In this document: positions 1-11,905 of the stretch, piece after piece | How the letters are laid out: each line of letters starts with the position of its first letter | How positions within the stretch are numbered: position 1 is the stretch's first letter | Assembly: GCF_018977255.1 (NCBI RefSeq) | Contig: NW_024705366.1 | Span: forward strand, 1-51,474 | Origin: Callorhinchus milii | Lineage: Eukaryota | Direction: 5' to 3' | DNA length: 51,474 nt | Notes under the pieces: generated by a model | Databases searched by the model: none | What the model saw: only the letters and a program-made list of their open reading frames with translations | Told to the model about the DNA's origin: nothing | Translations under genes and position numbers: made by a program

Positions 1-1193
1 GGCCGCAGTTATAGCAGGTGATGACAGTAGTCGGAGATCTCGGTTGCTCCAGCTTGCGGGCCGCTCGCAGAGGCGAACGACCCCCGACCTCCAGTCCCCC
101 GCTCGTCCCGCGATGAACGCGTCCTCTCGTGGGCTGACGACTTGGGGCCGGGTGTCAACCGGAGCCGGAGTTGAGGCCACGGCAGCGTTGCAGACGACCC
201 CCTGCTTTCGTTGGAGGACCTCGTTGCGCTTGCATGCTCGTGGCGACCCGTAATGAAGAATATCGTGTCGTCGGCCGTGTTGATGGGGACCCCCAGGTCC
301 TGCGCCAACTTGAGCAGCTGCTCCAAAACCATCGCATCTTGGCCCTCCTCGTCCATACGAGGGAACGCGGCGTCAGCGAGAGCGGAGCAACGCCGTGCGG
401 TAGGCGAGCACGGTCTCCGTGTCCGCCTTCCGTCTTGCGTAGAAATGATGGCGGCACGCCGAGGGCGGACCGTAGACTTTTGCCATGAGAGCCAGCGCAT
501 CCTTGAGCGTGGAGCGGTCCGACCTGCGTGCGGACGTGAAGGCCGCGAGCGCGTTGTCGTCCAGCATGGCAGGCAGCGCCCGCAGTGCCGTAGCGTCGGA
601 CCAGGCGGACATCTCTTGATGCGCCAAAAATCTGCGCTGAAATAGGCTCCAATCCCCGCCTTCCGCCTTGAATGCTGACAACGTGGGAAGGCGCTGCTGA
701 AAATAAAGTCGTCCTCCTCCTCGTGCTTCCTCTCTGCCCCCCCGTCGGTGTGTAAGATGGCGGCCCCAGCGGCGGGTGTGTAATGGCGGTCCGCCGCGCG
801 CGTTGGTGACGTCAGCGGCCGCGCATGGAGAACCGCTGCCACGTGGTGATGGCCGTTCCCGCCAAAAGTTGGAGCGGATGAAACGGCGGGAATCGCCAAA
901 TCGTTTTGGCGGGAATCTGCAGAGCGACCCTGTAGCACGTCGGCCGCCGTCCCCGCTCCTCCCGACGAGCTGATCTCCGCCAAGATGGACGCGGCGGCGA
1001 GCAGCAGGTCCGCCAGACGGGAGTGTGCCTCGCGAAGCACGGTGTCAGTCCCCCGTCTCTCGTCCGGCGCCGTCGGTGGATCCTGCCCCGTGGGCAGCTC
1101 CTCTTCCTCACCCCCTGATGCCCGCTGGCCCGCGTCGTCGAGGTTGTCCTCGTGGTCAATCCCGTGGGTCCGACGGTTCCTCCTTGTATCCAT
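1..1193 (-). pseudogene. gag: Gypsy-type LTR retrotransposon gag, frameshifted, running off the window edge
   Basis: The ATG at 1193 follows the PBS. Capsid-like sequence (FKAEGGDWSLFQRRFLAH...LKDALALMAKVYGP...ETVLAYRTALL, then ALADAAFPRMDEEGQDAMVLEQLL) is split over frames. The minus strand at ~1-22 reads ITCYNCG, the start of a CCHC zinc knuckle. Confidence 0.75.
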
Positions 1194-1209
1194 GCTTGGA
1201 GGACCGTTT

Positions 1210-1223
1210 CACTTCTGACGCCA
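1210..1223 (-). promoter_or_regulatory. Primer-binding site (tRNA-Leu-like)
   Basis: Minus-strand TGGCGTCAGAAGTG lies 2 nt after the LTR-terminal CA. It resembles the TGGTGTCAGAAGTG PBS common in Gypsy elements. Confidence 0.75.
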
Positions 1224-1225
1224 GT

Positions 1226-2025
1226 TGAAGTATGGGAATTGACGGCAGGAACTTCTTGACGGGTAACACACTTTTATTAAATCCTTCAGGTATCACAATA
1301 CAACGTGTGGTCTTCCTTCTTCCTCCGACACACTCCACTAATCTCGTGTAAGCTCTAGGCCTCTGGCTACACACCATACACTCGACTCGTGTAAGCCCTA
1401 TGCCTCTGGCTACACAATACACTCGACTCGTGTAAGCCCTATGCCTCTGGCTACACAATACACTCGACTCGTGTAGACCTATGGCTACACAATACACTCG
1501 ACTCGTGTAAGCCCTATGCCTCTGGCTACACTATACACTCGACTCGTGCAGACCTCTGGCTACACACACTACACTCGCCTCTGGGTTACACAGAGTCCCG
1601 GTCCCCTTAGGACAGCGGGGCTAGGTACCGCAGGGCTCTAGGTCTTCATCCCCGTCTTCATTCTTCGCTGGTTACACACTGCCCTTACGCCTGTGTGCAT
1701 CCCCTTTTATAGCCCCTGCTCACGAGAGGCGGAGCTGATGCGTCCATTCAGCATGAGCATCGCTCCTTAATAAACCAATCACGACGCACTCTCTTTACGA
1801 TCCGGTTTCCCCAGCGCGTGTTAACACTCCTCCACCAATCCCACCGCGCTGCCACCCGGTCACTCCCTCTCAGCATATCACCGGTCCACAGCCAATCAGT
1901 ACCCCGTAACCCACGACCCCGCGCTGACCCCTGATCCTCCACCGTCAGCGCGCGTCACCACCTACACAGCCAATCCTCACACACTGTGCATACGATCCTT
2001 AATCCCAGCGCGTATCACCTCTACA
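1226..2025 (-). mobile_element. 5' LTR (~800 bp) of the Gypsy-type element
   Basis: The minus strand begins TGTAG (2025) and ends CTTCA (1226). It has TATAAAA at ~1705-1711, AATAAA at ~1273-1278 and an internal ~41-bp tandem array (~1343-1570), and is followed by the PBS and gag. Confidence 0.75.
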
Positions 2026-2530
2026 TATGTAACGTGTGTGTGTAGTGTGGTGTGTGTATGTAACGTGTGTATGTGTGTATGTAACGTGTGTGTGTAACGT
2101 GTGTGTGTATGTATGTAACGTGTGTGTATGTAACGTGTGTGTATGTAACGTGTGTGTATGTAACGTGTGTATGTGTAACGTGTGTGTATGTAACGTGTGT
2201 GTGTGTAACGTGTGTATGTGTGTAACGTGTGTATGTGTGTAACGTGTGTATGTGTGTAACGTGTGTGTGTGTGTAACGTGTGTGTGTGTGTAACGTGTGT
2301 GTGTGTGTAACGTGTGTGTGTGTGTAACGTGTGTGTGTGTATGTAACGTGTGTGTGTGTGTGTAACGTGTGTATGTAACGTGTGTGTATGTAATGTGTGT
2401 GTGTGTAACGTGTGTGTGTGTGTGTAACGTGTGTGTGTAACACGTGTGTGTGTGTGTGTAACACGTGTGTCTGTGTGTGTGTCTGTATGTGTGTATGTCT
2501 GTGTAGATGTGTGTCTGTATATGTGTCTGT
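2026..2530. repeat. (TG)n/TAACG compound microsatellite
   Basis: Direct reading: repeated GTAACGTGTGTGT(AT) units. Confidence 0.95.
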
Positions 2531-2832
2531 GTAGTGGTTAGCGCTACGCTGCGCTATGAACCTCGCGACCCGGCTTCGATTCCCGCTCACGGCCAGCAGC
2601 AGTGACGATTATCTGAACCGGTCCAAGGCCTCCCCTAGGTCGACTCAGCCTCAAATGAGTACCCGGTGTCATGGTGTGCAGTAAACATCGCTAGCACTGG
2701 GGAGACAAAGGCGGTCGGGCGTGGTGCTGGCCACCAACCCCCTCGTGGACCGGCCTTCATAGGTGCTTCTCGCTAACAGCACTTGCCCCAGCAGTCTGTG
2801 AAGGCTACACGGTGGGGGATCTTTGTCTTTGT
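2529..2832 (+). mobile_element. tRNA-derived SINE
   Basis: A-box-like GTAGTGGTTAGCG and B-box-like GCTTCGATTCCC. The body (GTCGACTCAGCCTCAAATGAGTACC...GGCGTGGTGCTGGCCACC...GCTAACAGCACTTGCCCC) is shared with other copies in the window. Confidence 0.85.
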
Positions 2833-3009
2833 ATCACCACACAGGAGTCACGGAGCTTTCGAGGCTCCAAGCCACGTGGGGAGCCAGAGCGTCAGGTGGT
2901 GCCACTCGCAGGTGAGACTCCGGTGACTATAAAGTCAAACCTCGGTATACGACCACTTTGGAATACGTCGAATTTGGTACGCGTCGTGTTTTGACGAGAA
3001 AAAATTTTT

Positions 3010-3108
3010 CTTGGGATACGATGCCTTGCTTGGGATACGACGTCTTGCTTGGGATACGACGTCTTGCTTGGGATACAACATCTTGCTTGGGATACGACGC
3101 CTTGCTTG
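3010..3108. repeat. 19-bp tandem repeat (CTTGGGATACGACGTCTTG) x5
   Basis: Direct reading. Confidence 0.9.
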
Positions 3109-3213
3109 TATACCTTGTTCACGACTGAAACAAGCGCCGCTCCTCAGTCACAGCGTTGTGTGGACGCTGTGCGGGCCAGTGGTGGGACTCTGGGACTCCC
3201 GGCTCTACGTCCG

Positions 3214-3670
3214 TGTAAGGGCGAGTTCCGAGGAAGCCAGAGTCTAGACCCGCACCTTGGCTGGGTCGGGTCAGGTAGCCTCCCCGAGGGTAATTGTAGC
3301 CGGAGGACCCCAGAGCGTAGCCAGAGTAGTGTATCTAGGCTGTGTACCTAGGCTGTGTACCTAGGCTGTGTCGCTAGGCTGTGTACCTAGGCTGTGTACC
3401 TAGGCTGTGTACCTAGGCTGTATCCCTAGGCTGTGTCGCTAGGCTGTGTACCTAGGCTGTGTCGCTAGGTTGTGTACCTAGGCTTTGTATCTAGGATGTA
3501 TGTACCTAGGCTGTGTACCTAGGCTGTGTCGCTAGGCTGTGTATCTAGGCTGTGTATCTAGGCTGTGTATCTAGGCTGTGTCCCTAGGCTGTAACAGAGT
3601 ATCAGGAGTGTTGGAGTGTTGTATTGTAATAAAGAAGTCACCTCTACAAGTGTCTCCGGAACCCATTACA
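3214..3670 (+). mobile_element. Possible LTR containing a 12-bp tandem array (CTAGGCTGTGTA)n
   Basis: TGTAA...TTACA termini, a tandem array at ~3328-3592 and AATAAA at ~3628. The layout matches the 1226-2025 LTR, but no TSD or clear PBS was found. Confidence 0.35.
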
Positions 3671-3801
3671 TTTGTGTTGACGGTGATGGTGGTGGTGTCA
3701 CATTACAGGAGGCGTGCGCACTGCGTCTCTACCCCCCCCACCGGACAAGACGCGAGAGGCTTCAGAAGGAGTCCGAGTACCGCGATGGAGAGAGGAGAGG
3801 G

Positions 3802-3831
3802 NNNNNNNNNNNNNNNNNNNNNNNNNNNNNN
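3802..3831. other. Assembly gap (30 N)
   Basis: Run of n characters. Confidence 1.
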
Positions 3832-6800
3832 AAACACGGTGATGATCAGCCATGTGCTAAGAGCTGCATTAAATTGTCTCATCCATTCCTGGGGATCGCG
3901 AAAGCGCGCCTTCCATGGATTGTACCAGGTGGGGTTATATTAGTTACCGAATTTTATTTCCCGATTTCATAAAACGCCCCTTTCCCGGTTATCTAGCCAC
4001 GGACTAACTGTAGACCGGATCGGTTTGTGTAAATGCGTCGCATAGTACTTGCACTGTGAGCGAGTGCTGGAAGTCCAGATGTCAGATAATACCTGCCGCA
4101 ACCGTATGCTGAAGAATTTAGATGTCCCAGAGTACAGAACTAGGCATCTGGCCCTCCTACATTGGTGGTATTAATGCATTGCTGTACCGAACATCGCGGC
4201 CAACCAGGCGAAGTAGTAGCCCTGTGACAGCAGTTCTTTTTCGTCTTAAACCAAGCCGCGTCGGTGGTTGGCCCAAAGGTCCGCTCCTCCCGTGTTGAAG
4301 AAACTCCCGGAGTAAGTGACTATGGGTGAATACGAGACGTATTAAGGAGGGAAACAAATCAAGTTGGTTGACGTTTTTAACCGGTGGTTACCTAGTTTCC
4401 AAATGATTATTTACAAGGCAGTATTGGGGACGGCATCTCTTGGTGTGCTACTGATCGCCATTGCCCACCTAATACGCAATACATCGACCAATCAGTCTCG
4501 CTCTTTTTCTAGAGTGGTCCACGAAAACGCCGAGACTAGAGATTATCGCACCATCCAATTTCGATCGGAAATAGTCTAGAGAGGAAATATTTACACCCCG
4601 TTACGGGCGCACAAGTGCGCAAATCTCTAGTTTTTTTTGCAAAGCTCGAATAGTTAATGAACTCGCTCTCATCAGCATTAACTCAACCCCGGAGTGTGGT
4701 GTATAACTATGATCTTGCCACCGATCTTAGCGAATTATGCCATTGCATCTCTCATTTGCGTACTGTCGCTGCTGAGGTTACGCACCCCAGGTGGGGTACA
4801 GGATTGGGAGATACAGGGGCATTGTACAAACACATCGGTTGCGGGAAATTAACTCGATCTAGCTGGAATCCCTATCGAAGAACGTCTAAGGATACGTCGT
4901 CGCTCGAATCATCCGCTGAATCCCCCGGCGGTGGGCTACCCTAGGTCGGGGGTCGGAAAAAGCTACAACAGGCGCAGACCCAAGTGTGGTCGAGTGAATT
5001 AGTCTCCCTCGGGCGTTTGAATTCCCCCAGTCCCGTTGAGCCACTCCGGCGTCAATTGTATTCTGAATACGCACAGTTGTGGGATCCCGCTCTATAGCAC
5101 GTGAGCCAGGCCTTAGCCGGTATGGTTAAATCAGCGACAACTGGCTATACGTGACAAGGGAACATTCTCTGTAATCGAAAGAAATTCAACCCGAGCCGTG
5201 TACTTCACCAAGCACTCTTCCCGCCGTGTTGTCCGGAGAGTCACCCTTATCAGGCGGGCAAAATATGACTGATCGTAGCTCAGCGACCATCGACGGAGAC
5301 AGGGCAACGGTAGAACCTACCCTCCAGCCTGGGGGCACCTTTCACCTCGACTACACCCTCGTTGATGACAAGCTCAGATTTAGCGAACGTGCAACGACTT
5401 CACAAGGGCGGGGCTTAAGGCTTCCAGTAGAGTTACGCACGGGTTCTTAGGTCGATCACGCTGGATAGAGCGGCGAACCGATGGTGCTATTTCATGATCC
5501 CAAAAGACGCATAACGCAACGCAGTGATACCAATACGATGTAAGAACTTATTAGATAGGAGACTTGCCGCTTCGCCTCCTAATCTGGGTGGTACTTAAAT
5601 ACCTTGTTTTAGCGCCTATGAAAAGGGGCGTTGACACTCCCAGAGTGCGCCGCATTCGCAAACTTTCGCAAGCAGCACTGTTTCCAATAAAGATCTGTGT
5701 GCGGACCCTAAGGGCTTACCCGTAGACTTACGAGTGTTATGCAAGTCACAGTGTACAACCAAACCAACCGACTAGAATGGTTTCGTTTTTTGCTTCGCAC
5801 GTATCATAGTGGCCTCATGAGAGGCCGAAAGGCATGGGTCACGGCGGTTTTGTCGTCGACACGTATGCAGACTTGATGTGCCGTCAGACGCAAACCAATG
5901 CCCGAAGGGTGAGACTGCAGGTTGACCGACGCGAACGACTAGAAAAAACGTTTTTTGACAATTGGTAGAATCCTTACTTCACCTAGTTCTCGTAGACAAC
6001 ACTGTTCACCATGCAGTTATGTCTATCGTGCTACGTAAGTCTACCGCGGTCCGGCGTCATTCCCTTAAAGGTGCTGAGCCGGAAAGCAAGCGTAACTGGC
6101 AAGAATCATCAGAGACGTCGGTAACATAGGCATCGTGCGCTGCGTCTATCCAGAGGCACTGTGCTCTATAAGAACTTGTAAAGTCAAGTATATGGACATA
6201 GGGCAAGCGGATTTCTTGATAGGTGATGAAGGAATCACCCACAGCTCGCTCGGTTGGTCTAGGCATATCTAACCACTCAGTGATCAGTTAAGCAGTAACA
6301 GTGTATTCATAGAAATGAAAGTGTTATAACAAAAGAACCGTTGGCTCATAACGCGCGGAGGTGTGTTACTATTGATATGGCCAACGAACTGCGACCCATC
6401 ACTCGTCCGTTATATAATACGAACGGCAGTCCAGGTGGTGGTCGTCTTATTTAGGCTGCATAGCGCCGGATCATGCCTTTAGTGCAGTCAAAATCAATAG
6501 AGGGCTAGTCCTTCCGAATGAAGTGGTTAGTGAGACCATGTCCTTAATATACGAGGTTACGGGGTTAGACGGGCCATAGGTCCTGGCCACAGCATAGTCG
6601 TCGATTTTTGATATCAAGTATGGTTAAACTGTTGTACCTGCCTTCGCCTGGAGGATTCGTTGGGCGTCCGTCTTATCCATCTAAATTGTCCACGACTACC
6701 TCAGTGATCAGGCAGTTTGGCTCCGGGCACGCCCAGTCGGCTCAGCAGCATTGGGTGCCACCCAACGAGAGAGGCTGCCATCTTTATCAGAGCGCATCTG

Positions 6801-8030
6801 GTGTATGGACCCCTGAAAAAGAACTCGAAATTTTCGTCTGCTCGCGCTCGTCTCGTACAACGTTGTACCGCATGAGTCTGCAGATGACTGTACCTTTTCC
6901 AGCACAAGTCGCCGATGATACTGTGACTCAAATACATTATGGCAATAAGTTTATAACAGCAAAGCGATGAATCGCGTTTTGACAATGTTTGTGTTTTAAT
7001 CGCCTACGTGGTGGTGACAATTTATGACTCTTTCTAACAAGGCTAAATGCGAGAATAGACTATATGGACCTTAGCGACACCAGGTAGCGACTTGGGAAAC
7101 CCGCGCAACCTCCTATACGCCTCTCGCTTTGACCCGATTGTACAACTTCCCACAGTTCGCGCAGAATGCAGGAAGGACGAAGCGTAATGGACTTCGTTGG
7201 CTTCTGATAAAGCGACCCCAAAGAAAAAGTACCGCGTGTTAGCGCGACCATATTCCTATAGGATTTAAGGAAGACAGTGCTCAGGGGTTCTACGGCTGAC
7301 AAGCGCCTTTTGGGGGGAACCAGCCTTCACCTTGTGCCGGGGATAACTGTTGAACCCATGCTATAAATCTTGCAAATCCGATGACTATTGGACTAACGGC
7401 TTCGAGGCTAGTTATACGTTGCTGACTAGCATACTTCGTAACATGATCACCACCGACTTCGCGGACGTGTCACCTTGTAAGCTGCCCAGTTAATAATTTC
7501 GCAACGCGACCTTTAACCGACGCGACAGAAACCCCAGGTTGGGAAGAAACCGTTCACCTTGTATTGATTAGAGTGCGAATCTGAAAGGAGCCAATGGAGC
7601 GTAGCTTGGCCAGGCAAAAGCAGTCATGTCTACCTAAATTATTGTCGTTATATTGGAGTGACAGTCGTTCCACCTGATCTCTGGGAGGTAGGAAATAGGA
7701 TCTACGTGGAAGTGCGACGACATAGGAACGAGTGACGTTTTGTCGTGGAAGGAGAATTGTGTTTGTTTGCTGCAGCGCGCACAGGCTCTCTACATCTGTG
7801 ATCCGCCTCTTGCTGAACAAACGGGAAAGTTTACAACGAGCACAGCGTTAATATGTTATGACTAATAGTACGTGGCCTGCTCGTAGCAATCGTACTGCTT
7901 CTTGCATTGAGATTTAGAGTATTTCCAACTTGCCGGTACGGACTTTCTTGCGTTTATCAGGCGCGTAGGAGGGCCTTTGCTATTTCCTAGCAATTCTAGT
8001 TTACTGGAAGTTATCGGAGGGTGGCGGCCC
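3832..8030. other. Random-looking, featureless sequence block
   Basis: Balanced base use with abundant TA and CG dinucleotides. No microsatellites, no copy of any local repeat family, and only short ORFs (<=120 aa) with no recognisable motifs. The right boundary is approximate (8000-8050). Confidence 0.8.
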
Positions 8031-9052
8031 AATAGACCGGGAACGAAGCTGTTGACCAGGCTGCGGGAAGGCCACCAGCTGGGGGTGATTGACAGGCGCC
8101 TGGTGGAACATCGCCAGGGAGTGACTCCCCCGGGGGGGAGATTGGTCACGGGTTGACTCACTGGGCAGTGAGTCAGCTGGGAGGAGAGTGGGGAGAGAGG
8201 GGACAGGGAGAAAATCAACATCTGCCAGTTCGCGAAACAAGTTCAACATGAACACACACTCAGTGTACACTCACTCACCACCACGCTCACCACTCACCAC
8301 CGCACTCACCACCACACTCACTCACCACCGCACTCACCACCGCGCTCATCACTCACCACCGCACTCACCACCGCGCTCACTCACCACCACACTCACTCAC
8401 CACCGCGCTCACCACCATGTTGTATATATCGGCCTTTTTCCAAAATTGAGATTAAGAATAATTCTGCCAATATTTGTTTTCTTAATTATCAATCGGGGTG
8501 CAGCATGAGGCACAAACGAACACGCCACAACCACCCTCACCCCTCAGCAGCTGCCTTCCACAAGCCACACCAGGCAGCAAGGAGATAAGCCGTAAAAGGT
8601 CATTTAAAAAAATCCAAAAACAAAAGAGAAGATGGGGGGGGTTGGTTTGCTAATGATATTCTGAGGAAATCTCTAGCTGGCTTCGAAGGCCGTCACACAG
8701 CACGTGCGTGGCGGCCATGATGGACACACGCGTCACAACCAGGGGGGGGAGGGGTAGGAACCGGTCCGAACCGGTCGGGCCAACGGCGGTTGGAACCCCT
8801 CTGAGGGGAGGGGGGGCTGGGGGCTGCTACGATCCCCCAGAGCCCCGCCCCTCAGGGAGGGAGAGTATATAAGGCGGGTCCCTGAGAGCGCGAGGCAGTC
8901 CGTCTCAAGCCGAAGCCGCCTGGAGAAGAAGAAGACCTTTCGATGTAAAGTTTTCGTGACTGCAGGGATTCATCTTCTTGGTTATTTCGGTAGAGTCATC
9001 ACGTAGAAGGGAAATAACAAAAGAATAAAAATAAAACATAATAAAATAATTC

Positions 9053-9095
9053 TCACGACGTTTCGGCTACAACGCAAGCAGCCGTCCTCAGGTGA
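9053..9095 (-). ncRNA. Minimal hammerhead ribozyme (inverted copy)
   Basis: The reverse complement gives CAC CTGAGGA C GGCTGC..GTAGCC GAAACGTC GTG. Confidence 0.75.
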
Positions 9096-9153
9096 AGACC
9101 ACGATTCGGCCACAACGCAAGCAGCCGTCCTCAGGTGAAGACCAGGTCTGTCT

Positions 9154-9196
9154 TCACCTGAGGACGGCTGCTTGCGTTGTGGCCGAAACGTCGTGA
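9154..9196 (+). ncRNA. Minimal type I hammerhead ribozyme (PLE-associated)
   Basis: TCAC-CTGAGGA-C-GGCTGC(ttgcgtt)GTGGCC-GAAAC-GTC-GTGA: the CUGANGA/GAAA core, stem II, palindromic mini stem III (ACGT), GUC cleavage triplet and stem I TCAC/GTGA. Confidence 0.8.
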
Positions 9197-9542
9197 GAAT
9201 TATTTTATTATGTTTTATTTTTATTATTTTATTATTTCCCTTCTACGTGATGACTTTACCGAAAGAACCAAGAAGATGAAGAAGACCCTGGACCCCAAGC
9301 CGCCGACATCCTTCTGAGGGCCGGGGCTCAGTGCGGTGCCCGTGGTCGTGGGGCTAGGACCCTGAGGTTCCCTCGGCCTGATGTCCTTGTGAGGGAAGGC
9401 CAGGTCCGGACGGGCCAGTGGTCAGGGACCCACCGGGTCAGCGGTGGGTCCGCCTCCCCTAGGTCTAGCCACCAAACTCACCACCACACTCACCACCACT
9501 CACCACCACACTGACCACCACACTCACCACCACACTCACCAC

Positions 9543-10377
9543 CTGCTGCTGTTGGAGCTCTCCTTCTTGTCCTCCTCCTTCACCTCCTTCACGTTCTCCT
9601 TCACTTTCTCCTTCACTTTCTCCTTCAGCTCCTCCAGATGCGTCACCTCCTCCCACGTCTCCCCTCTGCACCTGCTGGGGTCTCCATAGGACCTCATCGA
9701 TCGTGGCACCACCGTCATCGCCATCATAGCGCCACCAGACGCCCTCCTTGCCAGGCCCACTCCACCCTCCCAAACCAGCCCACATCCTGGCCCAATCATG
9801 TCCACCTCCTCCTCCTCCTTCAGCTCCACCAGATCCGTCAACTCCTCCTCCATCTCCACCTCCTTCAGCTCCACCAGATCCGTCACCTCCTCCACCTCCT
9901 CCTCCTCCTTCAGCTCCACCAGATCCGTCACCTCCTCCTCCATCTCCACCTCCTTCAACTCCACCAGATCCGTCACCTCCTTCTACATCTCCCCACTGCA
10001 CCTGCTGGAGTCTCTGTAGCACGTCATCGATCGTGGGATCACCATCATCATCATAGCCACTACCACCACCACCACCGCCACCACCACCATAGTCACTACC
10101 ATAGCCGCCACCACCACCACCATAGTTACCGCCGCCACCTCCGCCGCCACCACCGTAGCCACCACCGCTATAGTTACCGCCGCCATCACCATCATAGGAG
10201 CACAAGGCCCCCTCCCCGGCAAGCCCACGCCACCCTCCCCAACCCGCCCACATCCTGGCCCAGGCATCTTCACTACCTCCTCCCCTTCCTCTCTGAGGGT
10301 CGCCACCTCCAGCCCCCCTCATCTCCTGCTCTGCCTCCTCCACCTCCTCCTGCATCTCGTCGTGCTCTGAGGGGCAC
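9543..10377 (-). CDS. Putative exon of an unknown gene: Gly/Trp/acidic-rich protein with a duplicated module
   Basis: Pyrimidine tract plus CAG acceptor at 10378-10379 and an ATG at 10355. The frame is open across the exon, with GT donors at 9542 and 9539 (GTGAGT). It holds two copies of WARMWAG(W/L)GGW...YDGD...TID(D/E)VL.R.QQVQ.GDV.GGD.SGG. Confidence 0.45.
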
Positions 10378-10459
10378 CTGGCAGAGAGACAGAGAGACAC
10401 ACACTTCAAACATACAGCAGCTACAGCAGCAGCAGCAGCCGTCGTCAGGGTCAGGATCA

Positions 10460-10763
10460 GACTGCAGGGGCAAGTGCTGTTAGCGAGTAGCAGCAGCAGC
10501 ACTTGTGAAGGCTACTGGCACTGTGGCACACGAGGGGGTGGGTGGCCAGCACCACGCCCGGCCGCCTTTGTCTCCCCAGTGCTAGCGATGTTCACTACTA
10601 CACACCGCACCAGGTACTCAGTTGAGGCTCAGTCGACCTAGAGGAGGCCCAGGACCGGTTTCCGATAATCGCCACTGACGGTGTTGGCCGTGAGCGGGAA
10701 TCGAACCCGGGTCGCCAGGTTCGTAGTGCGACGCAGCGCTGACCACTACACCCACCGCTCCCC
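10460..10763 (-). mobile_element. tRNA-derived SINE, near full length
   Basis: Minus-strand head GGGGAGCGGTGGGTGTAGTGGTCAGCG...GGGTTCGATTCCC (A and B boxes), with the same body as the 2529 copy. Confidence 0.88.
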
Positions 10764-11075
10764 ACACAACACAATCGCTAATCGATACATAGAATCGATC
10801 ATTGATTGATAGAATCGCCCCCCTTTATTGAACGGTATAAGAATCGATTTATGTTTAAAACCAATCGAGCATTGATTACTAGTACAGTGAAACGTTGGAT
10901 TGCGAGCATAATTCGGTCCTGAAATGTGCTCGTAATCCAAAGCAACTCGTACATCAAAGCGAACTTCCCCATGAGACAAAATGGAAACTCAAGACGACTC
11001 GTTTCACAACCCAAAAAATATTCATACAAAAATTATTCATTACATTAAATTAATAATAGGTTTTTTTCCCTTTTT

Positions 11076-11150
11076 TGGCAACAAAACTGACACCTTTTGC
11101 AAGGAATCATGCTTACATTGACCTTGCAAAAGGTGTCAGTTTTGTTGCCA
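11076..11150. repeat. Perfect 29-bp inverted repeat (17-nt spacer), part of a dispersed repeat
   Basis: TGGCAACAAAACTGACACCTTTTGCAAGG pairs with CCTTGCAAAAGGTGTCAGTTTTGTTGCCA. A related single arm lies at ~48078-48120. Confidence 0.85.
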
Positions 11151-11471
11151 GAAAAAAAAAAGGGGAAAAAAAACCTGTTAGTATATTTTGGTACTGGCAA
11201 AGGAGGTCCCATGATGACATTACAAAATACTGTACCTTTTTTAAATTTGTATTTAAATGTAATAACAGGACCCTGCGGGGTGGGCTGGTAGGAATAATAC
11301 TTAGTACCGGTACAGGGATATCGACCGGGTATAGAGGAGTTAAAGACAAAATTACTGTATTCTAGTGTAACATTAATTAAAAGTGTTTGTTTTGACAAGA
11401 AACGCTGTGAGATTTAAAGACTCGTAGTCTTTCATTTCCAAACGATCACATCTGAGATTAATTGACCACCA

Positions 11472-11905
11472 CCTTCTGCACTAGGCCTCGCGAATCCTGC
11501 CGCACTAGGCCTCGCGAAGCCTGCTGCACTAGGCCTCGCGAAGCCTTCTCTGCAGTAGACTTAGCGAAGCCTTCTGCACTAGGCCTCGCGAAGCCTCTGC
11601 AGTAGGCCTCGCGAAGCCTTCCCTGCAGTAGGCCTCGCAAAGCCTTCTCTGCACTAGGCCTCGCGAAGCCTCTGCAGTAGGCCTCGCGAAGCCTCTGCAC
11701 TAGGCCTCGCGAAGCCTCTGCACTAGGCCTCGCGAAGCCTTCTCTGCAGTAGGCCTCGCAAAGCCTGCCGCACTAGGCCTGGCGAAGCCTGCCGCACTAG
11801 AAGCCTTCTGCACTAGGCCTCGCGAAGCCTCTGCACTAGGCCTCGCGAAGCCTCTGCACTAGGCCTCGCGAAGCCTTCTCTGCAGTAGGCCTCGCAAAGC
11901 CTGCC
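11472..11905. repeat. ~22-24 bp minisatellite (GCACTAGGCCTCGCGAAGCCTCT)
   Basis: Direct reading, about 18 units. Confidence 0.93.

Larger units (their letters stand above)
8938..9280. mobile_element. Penelope-like element remnant: inverted pair of pseudo-LTRs (fold-back)
   Basis: About 8968-9141 is the near reverse complement of ~9150-9280. It is flanked by the direct repeat GAAGAAGACC (8928-8937 and 9278-9287) and carries hammerhead motifs. Confidence 0.8.

Noticed and set aside
4343..4640. AAGGAGG upstream of a 71-aa ORF and a GC hairpin plus T-run, resembling a bacterial gene and terminator
   Set aside because: The start codon is non-ATG with poor spacing, there is no recognisable homology, and the hairpin is not adjacent to the T-run. 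No operon-like density nearby.
5811..5833. GGCCTCATGAGAGGCCGAAAGGC, hammerhead-like or hairpin
   Set aside because: It lacks the CTGANGA core and the second GAAA/stem III. A 6-bp stem is expected by chance in 4 kb.
5769..5957. Pair CGACTAGAA...CGTTTTTTG at ~5769 and ~5936
   Set aside because: Only two imperfect copies, with no third copy or periodicity. Compatible with chance.
3925..6711. 11-12 nt direct matches (CCAGGTGGGGT, GTATGGTTAAA, CTCAGTGATCAG) in the random block
   Set aside because: Their number and length are near the expectation for 4.2 kb of random sequence, and the spacing is irregular.
10690..10763. tRNA-like sequence
   Set aside because: It has A/B boxes but no full cloverleaf, and is attached to a repeated body. 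It is a SINE head, not a tRNA gene.
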